The notes below the pieces were generated by a model. The model saw only the letters and a list, made by a program, of their open reading frames with translations. It ran no database searches and was not told the DNA's origin. Positions 22,063 through 30,778 of a stretch of DNA of 64,000 nt are shown piece by piece; the first letter of the stretch is position 1, and every line of letters begins with the position of its first letter. The stretch is taken from NCBI GenBank assembly GCA_963796965.1, contig CAWCNS010000011.1, forward strand, positions 320,001 to 384,000, read 5' to 3'. A program made the translations under genes and the position numbers. The stretch comes from Calditrichia bacterium (GTDB taxonomy: Bacteria > Calditrichota > Calditrichia > JAJRVZ01).

Positions 22063-22650
22063 TTATTTTGTATTAAGTTCCTGACCTTCTTCACCCCGCA
22101 TGAGATAGGCCGAGGAAGCCGGTACCTGGCGGATGGCCCCTGAGGGGCAGGATCGACCGATAGAGCATTCATTACAATTCTTACAGCGATCATGGCGAAT
22201 CTGCAGATGAAGTGAACCGTTTCCAAATGCCCCACATCCCTTCACACATTTTCCACAACCGATACATAATTCTTCATCAATGGTATATTCAAAATAGGGA
22301 TCCTCAATATAGGTCCGTTTGATTGCCCCTGTTGGACAAAGCTGGCTTTCTGCCCCTGTATCTCTCGATTTTGCACCGGGTTCCAGATATCCACTACATA
22401 AATCACAATATCCACACATGGAATAGGCATGAACACATTTTACTGCCGAATGGGCAAGCACACAGTTTATGGCACATCTTTCACATTGGACACATACGTC
22501 GGGATCGATCTGCCAGACAGTATCCCCGGTGGATGATCGGATCAGAACCAAACCGCCTATCCCACCCAAACCAACTGTAGCAAGGGTATTTAATCCTGAC
22601 TTTAAAAAATCACGTCTTTTTATTTTATTTTCAGAAGCATTTTCTGCCAT
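22063..22650 (-). CDS. Tat-signal polyferredoxin (NapG/MauM-like position)
   Basis: KRRDFLK + hydrophobic stretch; CVQCERCAINC, CGYCDLC, CIGCGKCVKGC, CKNCNEC..RSCP. Confidence 0.85.
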   Translation of the reverse strand: MAENASENKIKRRDFLKSGLNTLATVGLGGIGGLVLIRSSTGDTVWQIDPDVCVQCERCAINCVLAHSAVKCVHAYSMCGYCDLCSGYLEPGAKSRDTGAESQLCPTGAIKRTYIEDPYFEYTIDEELCIGCGKCVKGCGAFGNGSLHLQIRHDRCKNCNECSIGRSCPSGAIRQVPASSAYLMRGEEGQELNTK

Positions 22651-22678
22651 GATTGTGCCTCGTGACGATTATTTTGGA

Positions 22679-22852
22679 CAGGATTACCCCAAAGGGGCAG
22701 GCAGGATTAACAGGATATTTTTATTAATAATGAGATCCTGAAATAAATTCAGGATGACCAAAGCGTCATTCCGAACTTGTTTCGGAATCTAAAAAGAATA
22801 AAAGGATCTTTTATATCCTGTAAATCCTGCCTGCCCCTTTGGGGTTATCCAG
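22679..22852. repeat. Nested palindromic intergenic element
   Basis: GGATTACCCCAAAGGGGCAGGCAGGATT and its inverse AATCCTGCCTGCCCCTTTGGGGTTATCC enclose ATCCTGAAATAAATTCAGGAT and TTCCGAACTTGTTTCGGAA hairpins. Confidence 0.8.
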
Positions 22853-22874
22853 TCTATTTTTTTCGCATCCAAAT

Positions 22875-23129
22875 TTAAATTGTGGTCTTGGTTTCAGTTG
22901 TTTTCGCATTCTGTGCTTTGGGCAAACTGCAGCCCGTGTATTTGCTGCATCCCTGGCAGGGATTTTTTAGTGAGCAATCACTTGTACCCTCTTCCGGATT
23001 TTTTTCTCTAAAACCGAGGATAGCGCCGGTTATCACCAATCCGCCGCCGAGGCCATACCTCAAACAAGTCTTCACAAATTCACGCCGGTCTTTTTTGAAA
23101 TTCCTATTATTTTTCATGAGTTGCCCCAT
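22875..23129 (-). CDS. Small Tat-like signal protein with four-Cys motif
   Basis: DRREFVK + hydrophobic helix + CSLKNPCQGCSKYTGC; in operon context. Confidence 0.7.
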   Translation of the reverse strand: MGQLMKNNRNFKKDRREFVKTCLRYGLGGGLVITGAILGFREKNPEEGTSDCSLKNPCQGCSKYTGCSLPKAQNAKTTETKTTI

Positions 23130-23331
23130 ATAATTCTAAATTGTTAATCTGATTTATCACCACGAAGTAGGTAGCCTAGCGCAAAGGGCAAAGCGCATGG
23201 CAAATTTCACAACGCCTCTTGCTATGCTCTATGCGCCTTGCTCTATGCAGAAAGATTCATCGCGCTCTTCCTCCAAAGGAGTCTCTTTAGGAGTGAACTT
23301 CGTGGTAAAAATACTTTTGTCCCTTAAATAT

Positions 23332-24324
23332 TTAAATTTTTGTCTTTTCAAAAATGCGAACCTGGCCACGCTTGGGATCGAGGACATAAATACGGTTTTT
23401 TGAATCAACTGCCACATCTAATCCAACTGTACCCACGGTGAATTGATCAGGACCGGCCACAACTGAAGCCAGTTGTCCGAGGCGGTTATAGACCTTTACC
23501 CGGGCAATGCCCTTCTCAGCCGTAACAAAAGAGCCATCATCCATAATTGTAAAATGGCTGGGGTTACAACAACCACAGAATCTTTCTACGTCCATCCCCG
23601 GCTCGCCCCATGTAGTGCGCAAACTTCCCTCTTTGGTATAATTCTCGAGAGATAACCGACCCGTATTGGCAACCCATAAAAATCCATCCGGATCGATAGC
23701 CACATCAAAATAGGGGCTGGGAATGATGAATCCGGGAATCCCCTTCTGTTTATCCTTTTTCCCTATTTGCCTTTGCAACTGCCCGTTTTTGTCGTATTGC
23801 AGAACTACTAAATTCCCGGCATCGGCAAGAAAGACATTATCAGCGGTAACATCGATGGAAGTTATAATTGATTTCTCATTTATCAAAGACCACCTATTTT
23901 TTTGATTACCGGCTTGATTGATAATCTGTATGAACTCGGTACCGGCGCAGTAAATATCATTATTTTGATCCACAGCAAGGGCGGATACAGGGTTCTGCAG
24001 ACTAAAAGTTGAAACAGGTTTCCCGTTTTTATCAAATATTGTGCAGGCATTCTCACCAGCAAGAACGAGACGATCATCCGGACCAATGGCGATGGCAGAT
24101 AGAATTTTCAGATCCGTTATAATTGTTTTTAGTTCCGTATAATGATTGAGTGCCTCATCGCTTTTTTTAAAATGCTCTATATTATATTCGAAGGGATTTG
24201 ACTGCTCACTACCGGAATCATCAAAGAAAGCATTATATCCAAAATAGCTAATACCCAATACTGAGATTATAATGATACCAGCCGTAACCAGCCGGTCTTT
24301 ATTTTCTTTAAAAGATCTCATCAT
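23332..24324 (-). CDS. NHL-repeat (six-bladed) beta-propeller with FCGCCNP motif
   Basis: N-terminal TM; LAVDQNNDIY, VAIDPDGFLWVAN, VAVDSKNRIYVLD repeats. Confidence 0.85.
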   Translation of the reverse strand: MMRSFKENKDRLVTAGIIIISVLGISYFGYNAFFDDSGSEQSNPFEYNIEHFKKSDEALNHYTELKTIITDLKILSAIAIGPDDRLVLAGENACTIFDKNGKPVSTFSLQNPVSALAVDQNNDIYCAGTEFIQIINQAGNQKNRWSLINEKSIITSIDVTADNVFLADAGNLVVLQYDKNGQLQRQIGKKDKQKGIPGFIIPSPYFDVAIDPDGFLWVANTGRLSLENYTKEGSLRTTWGEPGMDVERFCGCCNPSHFTIMDDGSFVTAEKGIARVKVYNRLGQLASVVAGPDQFTVGTVGLDVAVDSKNRIYVLDPKRGQVRIFEKTKI

Positions 24325-24391
24325 CCCTCATTTATATGCAATTGGGATATTTATATGTCCACAATTGCCCTAAATTTCCAACGTATGTTTT

Positions 24392-24420
24392 CGTAGAGAC
24401 GTCCCGGCGGGACGTCTCTA
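24392..24420. repeat. REP-like palindrome
   Basis: GTAGAGACGTCCCGGCGGGACGTCTCTAC; related GTAG...CTAC-type REP halves near 3100 and 15930-16003. Confidence 0.75.
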
Positions 24421-24449
24421 CATTTTGTTGGGTTAGAATGTTACATCCA

Positions 24450-25880
24450 TTAATTACCCCGCAGATCAATACAAACCATTTGCCGGGAATCCCGGGCCAG
24501 CATTTTCCCATCGGCAATGGCCAATGGGCCCCAGGCATCATACCCCTGAAGAATTTTCGCCTCAGCGAGCAGGCTATACTTATTTGTGCTGGCATTTAGA
24601 ACCGTTAGCACACCATCATCACTCAAAACAAAAAACTTATCATCAGCCATCAAGAATGGCCCTAAGCCAAATCTCTTCGTTTTTCCACTGGACCAGATGA
24701 CCTTGCTGCAATCCTCAGGATTTACACAGACGAATTGGCTCCTCAAGGCACCAGCATCTTTAGGCATCACAGAATACAGGTGCCCCTTGTAATATATGGG
24801 TGTTTGTTGCTCAGCCGCCAGACCCTCGTCAGGTTTTAGTTTTTGTACAACTTCCAGACTATATTTTCCATTTGTCTTGGTAATTTTTAATAACATACTT
24901 CCTGCCCCATATCCCGCCGTGACATGAATATTACCATTTCCCAGATATACAGGTGAGGGAGCAATTACAGATTGACTCCATTCGGTACTTTTAAATAGAA
25001 TCTCGCCACAATTATTTTGTTCAGCTGAGACACCAATAATGCCATCAAGTGCACAATAGACATACATTTTCGTGCCGGCAATCGTCATTGGCATAATGGA
25101 GGAATGAGACATTTGCCAGTTCATGGAGTTAGGTGTTTCCCAAACCACCTCACCTGTTTCACACTGTACACCAATTAAAAGTGACGTACCACCAACCGCA
25201 AGGACAGCAACAGAATCATCAATCAAAGGGCATTGCCCGGTATACCAAAGTGGGACCTCAACCTGATAGGTTTTTTGCAGATCAATTCCCCATTTAAATT
25301 TACCTGAATCGGCTGTAACACACATTACCTGACATTTGGCCCCCATGGAAACCACATGGTTTCCGGATACCGCCGGCACCGTTCGGGACATGCCATGATT
25401 ACGTTTTATTTCCAGATCGTATCCGCGGCGCCAGATCTCCTTGCCATCTTGAAAAGAAAAGGAGCGCAGGATTTCCTGCTTCTTAACCTCATCATAATCA
25501 AGTAGGTAGACCCGTCCCTTATAAATAACCGGACCCGCATGACCTTCTCCTAAATCAACCGTCCATAAGACTTTCGGCCCCGTATTCTCCCAATCGGTTG
25601 ATAATTTTATATTGGCCCGGCTGATGTTATCGAAATCTCTTCCCCGGAATCGTGGCCAACTCCCGGAAACCGGAGACGGTTGTCCATCATACGCTTCAAA
25701 AATTTGTCCGATATTAATAGTGGCCAAATCGGTCAACATCAATTCTGGTCGATTATCGGCGCCGGGGAGATGAAGTTGAAAATCCTTAACCGGATCATGT
25801 ATCATCCACCAGAACAAGGAGATAAACCCAAGCAGGGAGGTGGTGATAAGGGTTGAATTTTGAATGAACTTTTCGTTCAT
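24450..25880 (-). CDS. PQQ-like beta-propeller protein
   Basis: TM anchor, WPRFRG, LGEGHAGP, WGPLAIADGKMLAR. Confidence 0.85.
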   Translation of the reverse strand: MNEKFIQNSTLITTSLLGFISLFWWMIHDPVKDFQLHLPGADNRPELMLTDLATINIGQIFEAYDGQPSPVSGSWPRFRGRDFDNISRANIKLSTDWENTGPKVLWTVDLGEGHAGPVIYKGRVYLLDYDEVKKQEILRSFSFQDGKEIWRRGYDLEIKRNHGMSRTVPAVSGNHVVSMGAKCQVMCVTADSGKFKWGIDLQKTYQVEVPLWYTGQCPLIDDSVAVLAVGGTSLLIGVQCETGEVVWETPNSMNWQMSHSSIMPMTIAGTKMYVYCALDGIIGVSAEQNNCGEILFKSTEWSQSVIAPSPVYLGNGNIHVTAGYGAGSMLLKITKTNGKYSLEVVQKLKPDEGLAAEQQTPIYYKGHLYSVMPKDAGALRSQFVCVNPEDCSKVIWSSGKTKRFGLGPFLMADDKFFVLSDDGVLTVLNASTNKYSLLAEAKILQGYDAWGPLAIADGKMLARDSRQMVCIDLRGN

Positions 25881-25906
25881 GATATATTGCTCAAATGATT
25901 TTTTTG

Positions 25907-26149
25907 TCCACGAATTACGCTCGTAGAACGCGTCCTGAGACCTCGTTATACGGGGCCTGGCCGAATTTACACGAATTTACACAAATTAAATAATGTATTC
26001 GAAATCAAAATTATTTATACACATGTCATGCCGAATCCTGACCTATCGTCAGGGCAGGTTAATTTCGGCATTTATATTAGAAGATCCTGAAATAAATTCA
26101 GGATGACTTTCGTGGTCTAATCTATAAAATATTCGTGATAATTCGTGAA
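25907..26149. repeat. Composite intergenic element, family B copy 1
   Basis: TCCACGAATTACGCTCGTAGAACGCGTC...GGCCGAATT block plus nested GCCGAA/TTCGGC and ATCCTGAA/TTCAGGAT hairpins. Confidence 0.8.
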
Positions 26150-27376
26150 TTATTTTTTCTTTGAAATATTATACACTCGTAACACTTCCCCGTGACGCAA
26201 ATAGAGCCGGCCGTTTGCAATGACCGGGTGTGACCAATGGGGCCCCTTTCCAAATTTTATTTTAAACGTGCTGATTATCTCAAAATTCTTTGAATCGGCT
26301 TTTACGAGACTTAAATAGCCATTTTCACTGTAACAATAGAATAGTCCATCAGCAGAGATGATCGGACCGCCATCGATTTCTCTTGAAATATACTCAACTT
26401 TTCCCGTTTCCCAATTTAAGCAAAACCACTCGCCACGCTTATAGCGTGAGCTATATAGATAACCATCAAATAATATCACACCACCTATCAGGTTATCTGC
26501 TTCTTGAGTTTGCCAGACCTGCTCCACTTTTTTTCCATCCATTGATAATTTAAGAAGTACAGCTGCAGAACTCTCAGGGGAACCGGACAAACAAAATACC
26601 TTTCCTTCATGATAGATTGGGGTATTTGCATGAATTTCATATTCCTGATGATGTGGTACCCGCCAGTATACAGTTCCGTCCTTTGCATCGATAGCAAGGA
26701 TTGAATGGGTGGTCATGGTTACGATCAGCTGTTTGCCATTATGGTTTGCCAGTTGAGGAGAACAATAAGCCGATGGTTCACCATTGCCTTCGCTGATCCA
26801 GACAGTCTGACCATTGAATCTATTCAGGGCGACAATATTATCTTTTCGCCCTCCCGGTGTGCATATGAGCAAATCACCAATTATAAGGGGAGATTCGTTC
26901 ATTCCCCAAACGATATTTTCACTATCAAACTCTTTGAGAATATTTACAGACCAACGTTTTAAACCCGTAACTGCATTAAAACACACGACCAAGCCTTGTC
27001 CGCTAATGAGATAAAGATCATTATCGACCACTGTCGGGGTAGATCTGGTGCCGGGATAATTTTTATGCCAGACCGGGCCAAAGGATTTCTCCCACAAGAG
27101 AGCCCCTGCATGATCAAAACAGAAAAGAATTCCTTCTTTGTCACGCATACCGGTAATGTACACGCGATCATTTGTTACTGCCGCTGAACTGTGACCAATT
27201 CCGATATTGTCATTTTGCCAGACGAGTGCCGGACCATTTTCCGGCCATTTTTTCAGTAGATCTTTGTCCGGATACTTACCATCACGGTTAGGCCCACGCC
27301 ATTGGGAGAAGTCGTCTCCAGCCTTCGCAAATAGAAACAATCCAAAGATTAATCCAATATTCAGCAATATTCTCAT
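26150..27376 (-). CDS. PQQ-like beta-propeller protein
   Basis: Signal peptide, SQWRGPNRDG, RSTPTV, WSHPVIANGRLYLR. Confidence 0.9.
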   Translation of the reverse strand: MRILLNIGLIFGLFLFAKAGDDFSQWRGPNRDGKYPDKDLLKKWPENGPALVWQNDNIGIGHSSAAVTNDRVYITGMRDKEGILFCFDHAGALLWEKSFGPVWHKNYPGTRSTPTVVDNDLYLISGQGLVVCFNAVTGLKRWSVNILKEFDSENIVWGMNESPLIIGDLLICTPGGRKDNIVALNRFNGQTVWISEGNGEPSAYCSPQLANHNGKQLIVTMTTHSILAIDAKDGTVYWRVPHHQEYEIHANTPIYHEGKVFCLSGSPESSAAVLLKLSMDGKKVEQVWQTQEADNLIGGVILFDGYLYSSRYKRGEWFCLNWETGKVEYISREIDGGPIISADGLFYCYSENGYLSLVKADSKNFEIISTFKIKFGKGPHWSHPVIANGRLYLRHGEVLRVYNISKKK

Positions 27377-27431
27377 TATGAAAGATTCCTATTTCTCTCT
27401 CACAAAGACGCAAAGAAACTACCAGAATTTT

Positions 27432-27646
27432 TCCACGAATTTCACGAATTATTTAAATAAAATTTACTCGTTTAAGTCATCCTGAATTTATTTCAGGATC
27501 TTTTAATGTTCTAATATTTAGAGATGCCGAAATAAATTCGGCATGACGAATGTGCTAAATACACTTAGATTTATATACCTCTGCAAATTCGGCCCGGCCC
27601 CGTATAACGAGGTCTCAGGACGCGTTCTACGAGCGTAATTCGTGGA
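27432..27646. repeat. Composite intergenic element, family B copy 2 (inverted)
   Basis: Reverse complement of the 25907 block at ~27587-27646. Confidence 0.8.
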
Positions 27647-27651
27647 GAAAA

Positions 27652-28872
27652 TCATTTTTTCGAGATATCATAAACCTGCATGACTTCCCCATGTCGAACA
27701 TATAACCGTCCGTCTGCGATAACCGGATGCGCCCAATGGGGTCCGGATCCTTCTTCAATTTCAAAGCTACTGATCACATCAAATTTTTCCGGTGTCGGTC
27801 TCACGAGCCCCACATCACCCTTTTCACCATAACAATAGAGCAAGCCATCGGCGAAAATAATATTTCCCTTGTTGCCTAAAACTCTTTCCGAATATTTAAC
27901 CTCGCCTGTTTTCCAATCAAGACAATGCCAGCCTTTGTTTTTGTGACCGGACCCATAGATATATCCATCAACGATGGCGGCAGCGCCCATTTGGCTATCC
28001 ATCGTTTTATCCACCCAGACCTGTTCAACACTCTTTCCATCCACTGATAGTTTAAGCAATTGTCCACCAGTTCCATATCCACTGACAATATAGATAAAAC
28101 CATCCTGATAATAAGGTGTATTGGGATTAATGTCATATTGGGTTATATGTTCATGCCGCCATAAATATTCTCCGCTTTCGGCATCCAACCCTACCACTGA
28201 TCTTCCGGTCATCGTCAGGATATAACGTTTATTGTTATGCTTAATCAAGACAGGTGAACAATAGGATGATTCTTCGCCATTACCTTTTATTTTCTTGATC
28301 GTTTTGCCCGTATGACGATCCAGAATAGCTATCATCACATCGCTACCACCCGGTGTGCAAAAAACACGATCGCCATCCACAAGCAGGGATTCCGTCATAC
28401 CCCAACGTAAATTTCTTGCACCAAATGATTTAATCATATCAACTTGCCATACTATTTCTCCATCAGCGGTATTGACACAAACAACAGCTCCTTCACCGGT
28501 CATGAGGTAAATTTTATCATTTACCACCGTTGGCGTCGTCCTCGCTCCTTCATGCCCGCCATCCCATTCAGGGCCATAGGTCATGCGCCATTTTTGCTTG
28601 CCGTTCAGATCAAAAGCTACCAAATATCCAACCCCGTCGATCATGCCGGTTACATAAACGTGGGCCGAGGTAACAGCAGGTGAAGAGTAGCCTCCTCCAA
28701 GAATATCCGTGGACCACATCATTTTTGGACCGTTCGTGGGCCAGGTTTTCATTAGATTATTGTCGGGATATACACCATCCCTATTCAATCCACGCCACTG
28801 GGAGGAATTCTCCCCGGCATTGGCACTTACTAATAATCCTATTATTATTCCAATTCTAATAAATACTTTCAT
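27652..28872 (-). CDS. PQQ-like beta-propeller protein
   Basis: SQWRGLNRDG, RTTPTV, WAHPVIADGRLYVR; close paralog of both neighbours. Confidence 0.9.
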   Translation of the reverse strand: MKVFIRIGIIIGLLVSANAGENSSQWRGLNRDGVYPDNNLMKTWPTNGPKMMWSTDILGGGYSSPAVTSAHVYVTGMIDGVGYLVAFDLNGKQKWRMTYGPEWDGGHEGARTTPTVVNDKIYLMTGEGAVVCVNTADGEIVWQVDMIKSFGARNLRWGMTESLLVDGDRVFCTPGGSDVMIAILDRHTGKTIKKIKGNGEESSYCSPVLIKHNNKRYILTMTGRSVVGLDAESGEYLWRHEHITQYDINPNTPYYQDGFIYIVSGYGTGGQLLKLSVDGKSVEQVWVDKTMDSQMGAAAIVDGYIYGSGHKNKGWHCLDWKTGEVKYSERVLGNKGNIIFADGLLYCYGEKGDVGLVRPTPEKFDVISSFEIEEGSGPHWAHPVIADGRLYVRHGEVMQVYDISKK

Positions 28873-28916
28873 TAAATCAGATTCCCTTTCTCTTGTAAAA
28901 GTTCAAAATATTTTTA

Positions 28917-29145
28917 TCCACGAATTACGCTCGTAGAACGCGTCTTGAGACCTCGTTATACGGGGCCTGGCCGAATTCACACGAATTCTTAATGAGTATT
29001 TAAATTCATATAAACTTAACATATTTGTCATGCCGAATTTATTTCGGCATCTATAATATCAATATCATAATAAGATCCTGAAATAAATTCAGGATGACTT
29101 CAGTGAATAAACCTATAATTCGTACAAATTAGCGTAATTCGTGGA
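28917..29145. repeat. Composite intergenic element, family B copy 3
   Basis: Same ~60-bp block and nested hairpins; abuts the TAG stop at 29146. Confidence 0.8.
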
Positions 29146-30414
29146 CTATTTTTTCGAAATATCATAAACCATCAACGCCCCGCCCCTGCGCACATACAAC
29201 CGTCCATTGCTGATGGCCGGATGGGCCCAGCTCCTTCCCTTTCCCAAGGGTACTTCAAATGAACTGATCTTTTCAAATTTTTTAGGTGTGGCTTTAACCA
29301 AGGCAATATTCGCTTCTTTTTCTTCATAACAGTAGAGCATCCCTTCGGCAGAAATAATTGAACCTTTGTTAATCCACTTCTCTTCCCACATCACCTCACC
29401 TGTTTTCCAGTCCAGGCAAACCCAGTTACCGCTTCGATTATTTTCCCAGTTTGATCCATAAATATAGCCATCAACAAGAACAACCCCTCCCACGTGTACA
29501 TCAAGCACCTCACTTATCCAGGTTCTTTCAATTTTTGTTCCATCTTCTGATAGTTTATACATGGCACTGGGATTATCATAGCCACTGGTGACAAATACAT
29601 TTCCATCTGAGTAAAGTGGTGAATTAATATTAATATCTTTTGGATCATCCTGGTATTCGTCATACTCGTCTGACCATAATAGATTGCCGTTTTCGGCATC
29701 AATTCCAACAAAAGAGTCAGCCAACTGCGTGGAAATAATTTTTTTACCGCCTCTTTTTATCAGGATAGGGGAGCAATAATTTGCTTCCTCGCTTAACTCC
29801 TCCGATTGCCAGATAACACTCCCGCTCATCTTATCAAGTGCAACAACCGATGCATCAGATCCACCAGGCGTACATATCAGTTTATCATCGACAATGAGAA
29901 AAGACTCTGCCATGCCCCATCGATGATATTCTCCATCAAATTTATCAATTATGTCAAGGGACCATTTTAACTCGCCGGACTTTTTTATAAAGCAACTAAC
30001 CTGACCCATACCACTCATAACATACACATAATCATTTTCAACTGTTGGCGTTGACCGTGCCTCGGGATAAGATCCTTTCCACTTTTCACCAAAGGTGGAT
30101 TGCCATATGATATTTCCTTCCAGATCAAGTGCCGTAAGTGTCTCAATTTTATCGACAACTCCGGTGATGTAAATACGATCTTCAGATATGGAAGCCGAAG
30201 AATATCCCTCACCAAGATTTTCTACAGACCAGATTAAATCCGGACCATTTGCCGGCCAATTTTTTAGCAAGTTTGTTTCCTTCGAGATTCCATTCCGATC
30301 CAATCCCCGCCAATGTGGCCAGTCATCGGCGGTAGATACCGTCGATAAAAGTGATCCAAACAGTACGGCTATTAATATATGGGTTAAGTCAAAGTTTTTT
30401 TTCATCAATCTCAT
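29146..30414 (-). CDS. PQQ-like beta-propeller protein
   Basis: DWPHWRGLDRNG, RSTPTV, WAHPAISNGRLYVR. Confidence 0.9.
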   Translation of the reverse strand: MRLMKKNFDLTHILIAVLFGSLLSTVSTADDWPHWRGLDRNGISKETNLLKNWPANGPDLIWSVENLGEGYSSASISEDRIYITGVVDKIETLTALDLEGNIIWQSTFGEKWKGSYPEARSTPTVENDYVYVMSGMGQVSCFIKKSGELKWSLDIIDKFDGEYHRWGMAESFLIVDDKLICTPGGSDASVVALDKMSGSVIWQSEELSEEANYCSPILIKRGGKKIISTQLADSFVGIDAENGNLLWSDEYDEYQDDPKDININSPLYSDGNVFVTSGYDNPSAMYKLSEDGTKIERTWISEVLDVHVGGVVLVDGYIYGSNWENNRSGNWVCLDWKTGEVMWEEKWINKGSIISAEGMLYCYEEKEANIALVKATPKKFEKISSFEVPLGKGRSWAHPAISNGRLYVRRGGALMVYDISKK

Positions 30415-30519
30415 TTTGTATCCCTTTTATTAAATAGTAATATTGAACAATATTTATAATATTAATATAATCAATCATGTCCTTATGCATTTTTAACGAC
30501 TAAAATGATCTTAATCAGT

Positions 30520-30664
30520 GCAAACCCACGAAGTCTGTGAGATCCGCTCATCTGAAAAAGCGAGTCCGGGGCCCTTGTGGTTAGTAAAGCACAATGAGGT
30601 CGCACAGAACGCTTAAGATGTCCAAAAGTCATATCACAGGGTTAAACAACTCAGGTGGGTTGCA
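30520..30664. ncRNA. Candidate structured RNA, family not recognised
   Basis: GC-richer patch in AT-rich intergenic DNA with nested stems TGCAAACCCAC/GTGGGTTGCA, CTGTGA/TCACAG, CGCT/AGCG, TTGTG/CACAA. Confidence 0.4.
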
Positions 30665-30778
30665 GGTGTCATCCTTCCCCAACATTTTAATCTACTCCCC
30701 CGGCTTACTTCGCTACTCTATAATTTTAAAACTATAATGAACATTATACAAGTCTAAATGGAATTTTTGATTTAAAAT

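Noticed and set aside
30520..30715. Known riboswitch (c-di-AMP, c-di-GMP-I, TPP, cobalamin) or retron msr-msd
   Set aside because: Only short fragments resemble each consensus; core motifs are missing and no RT is nearby.
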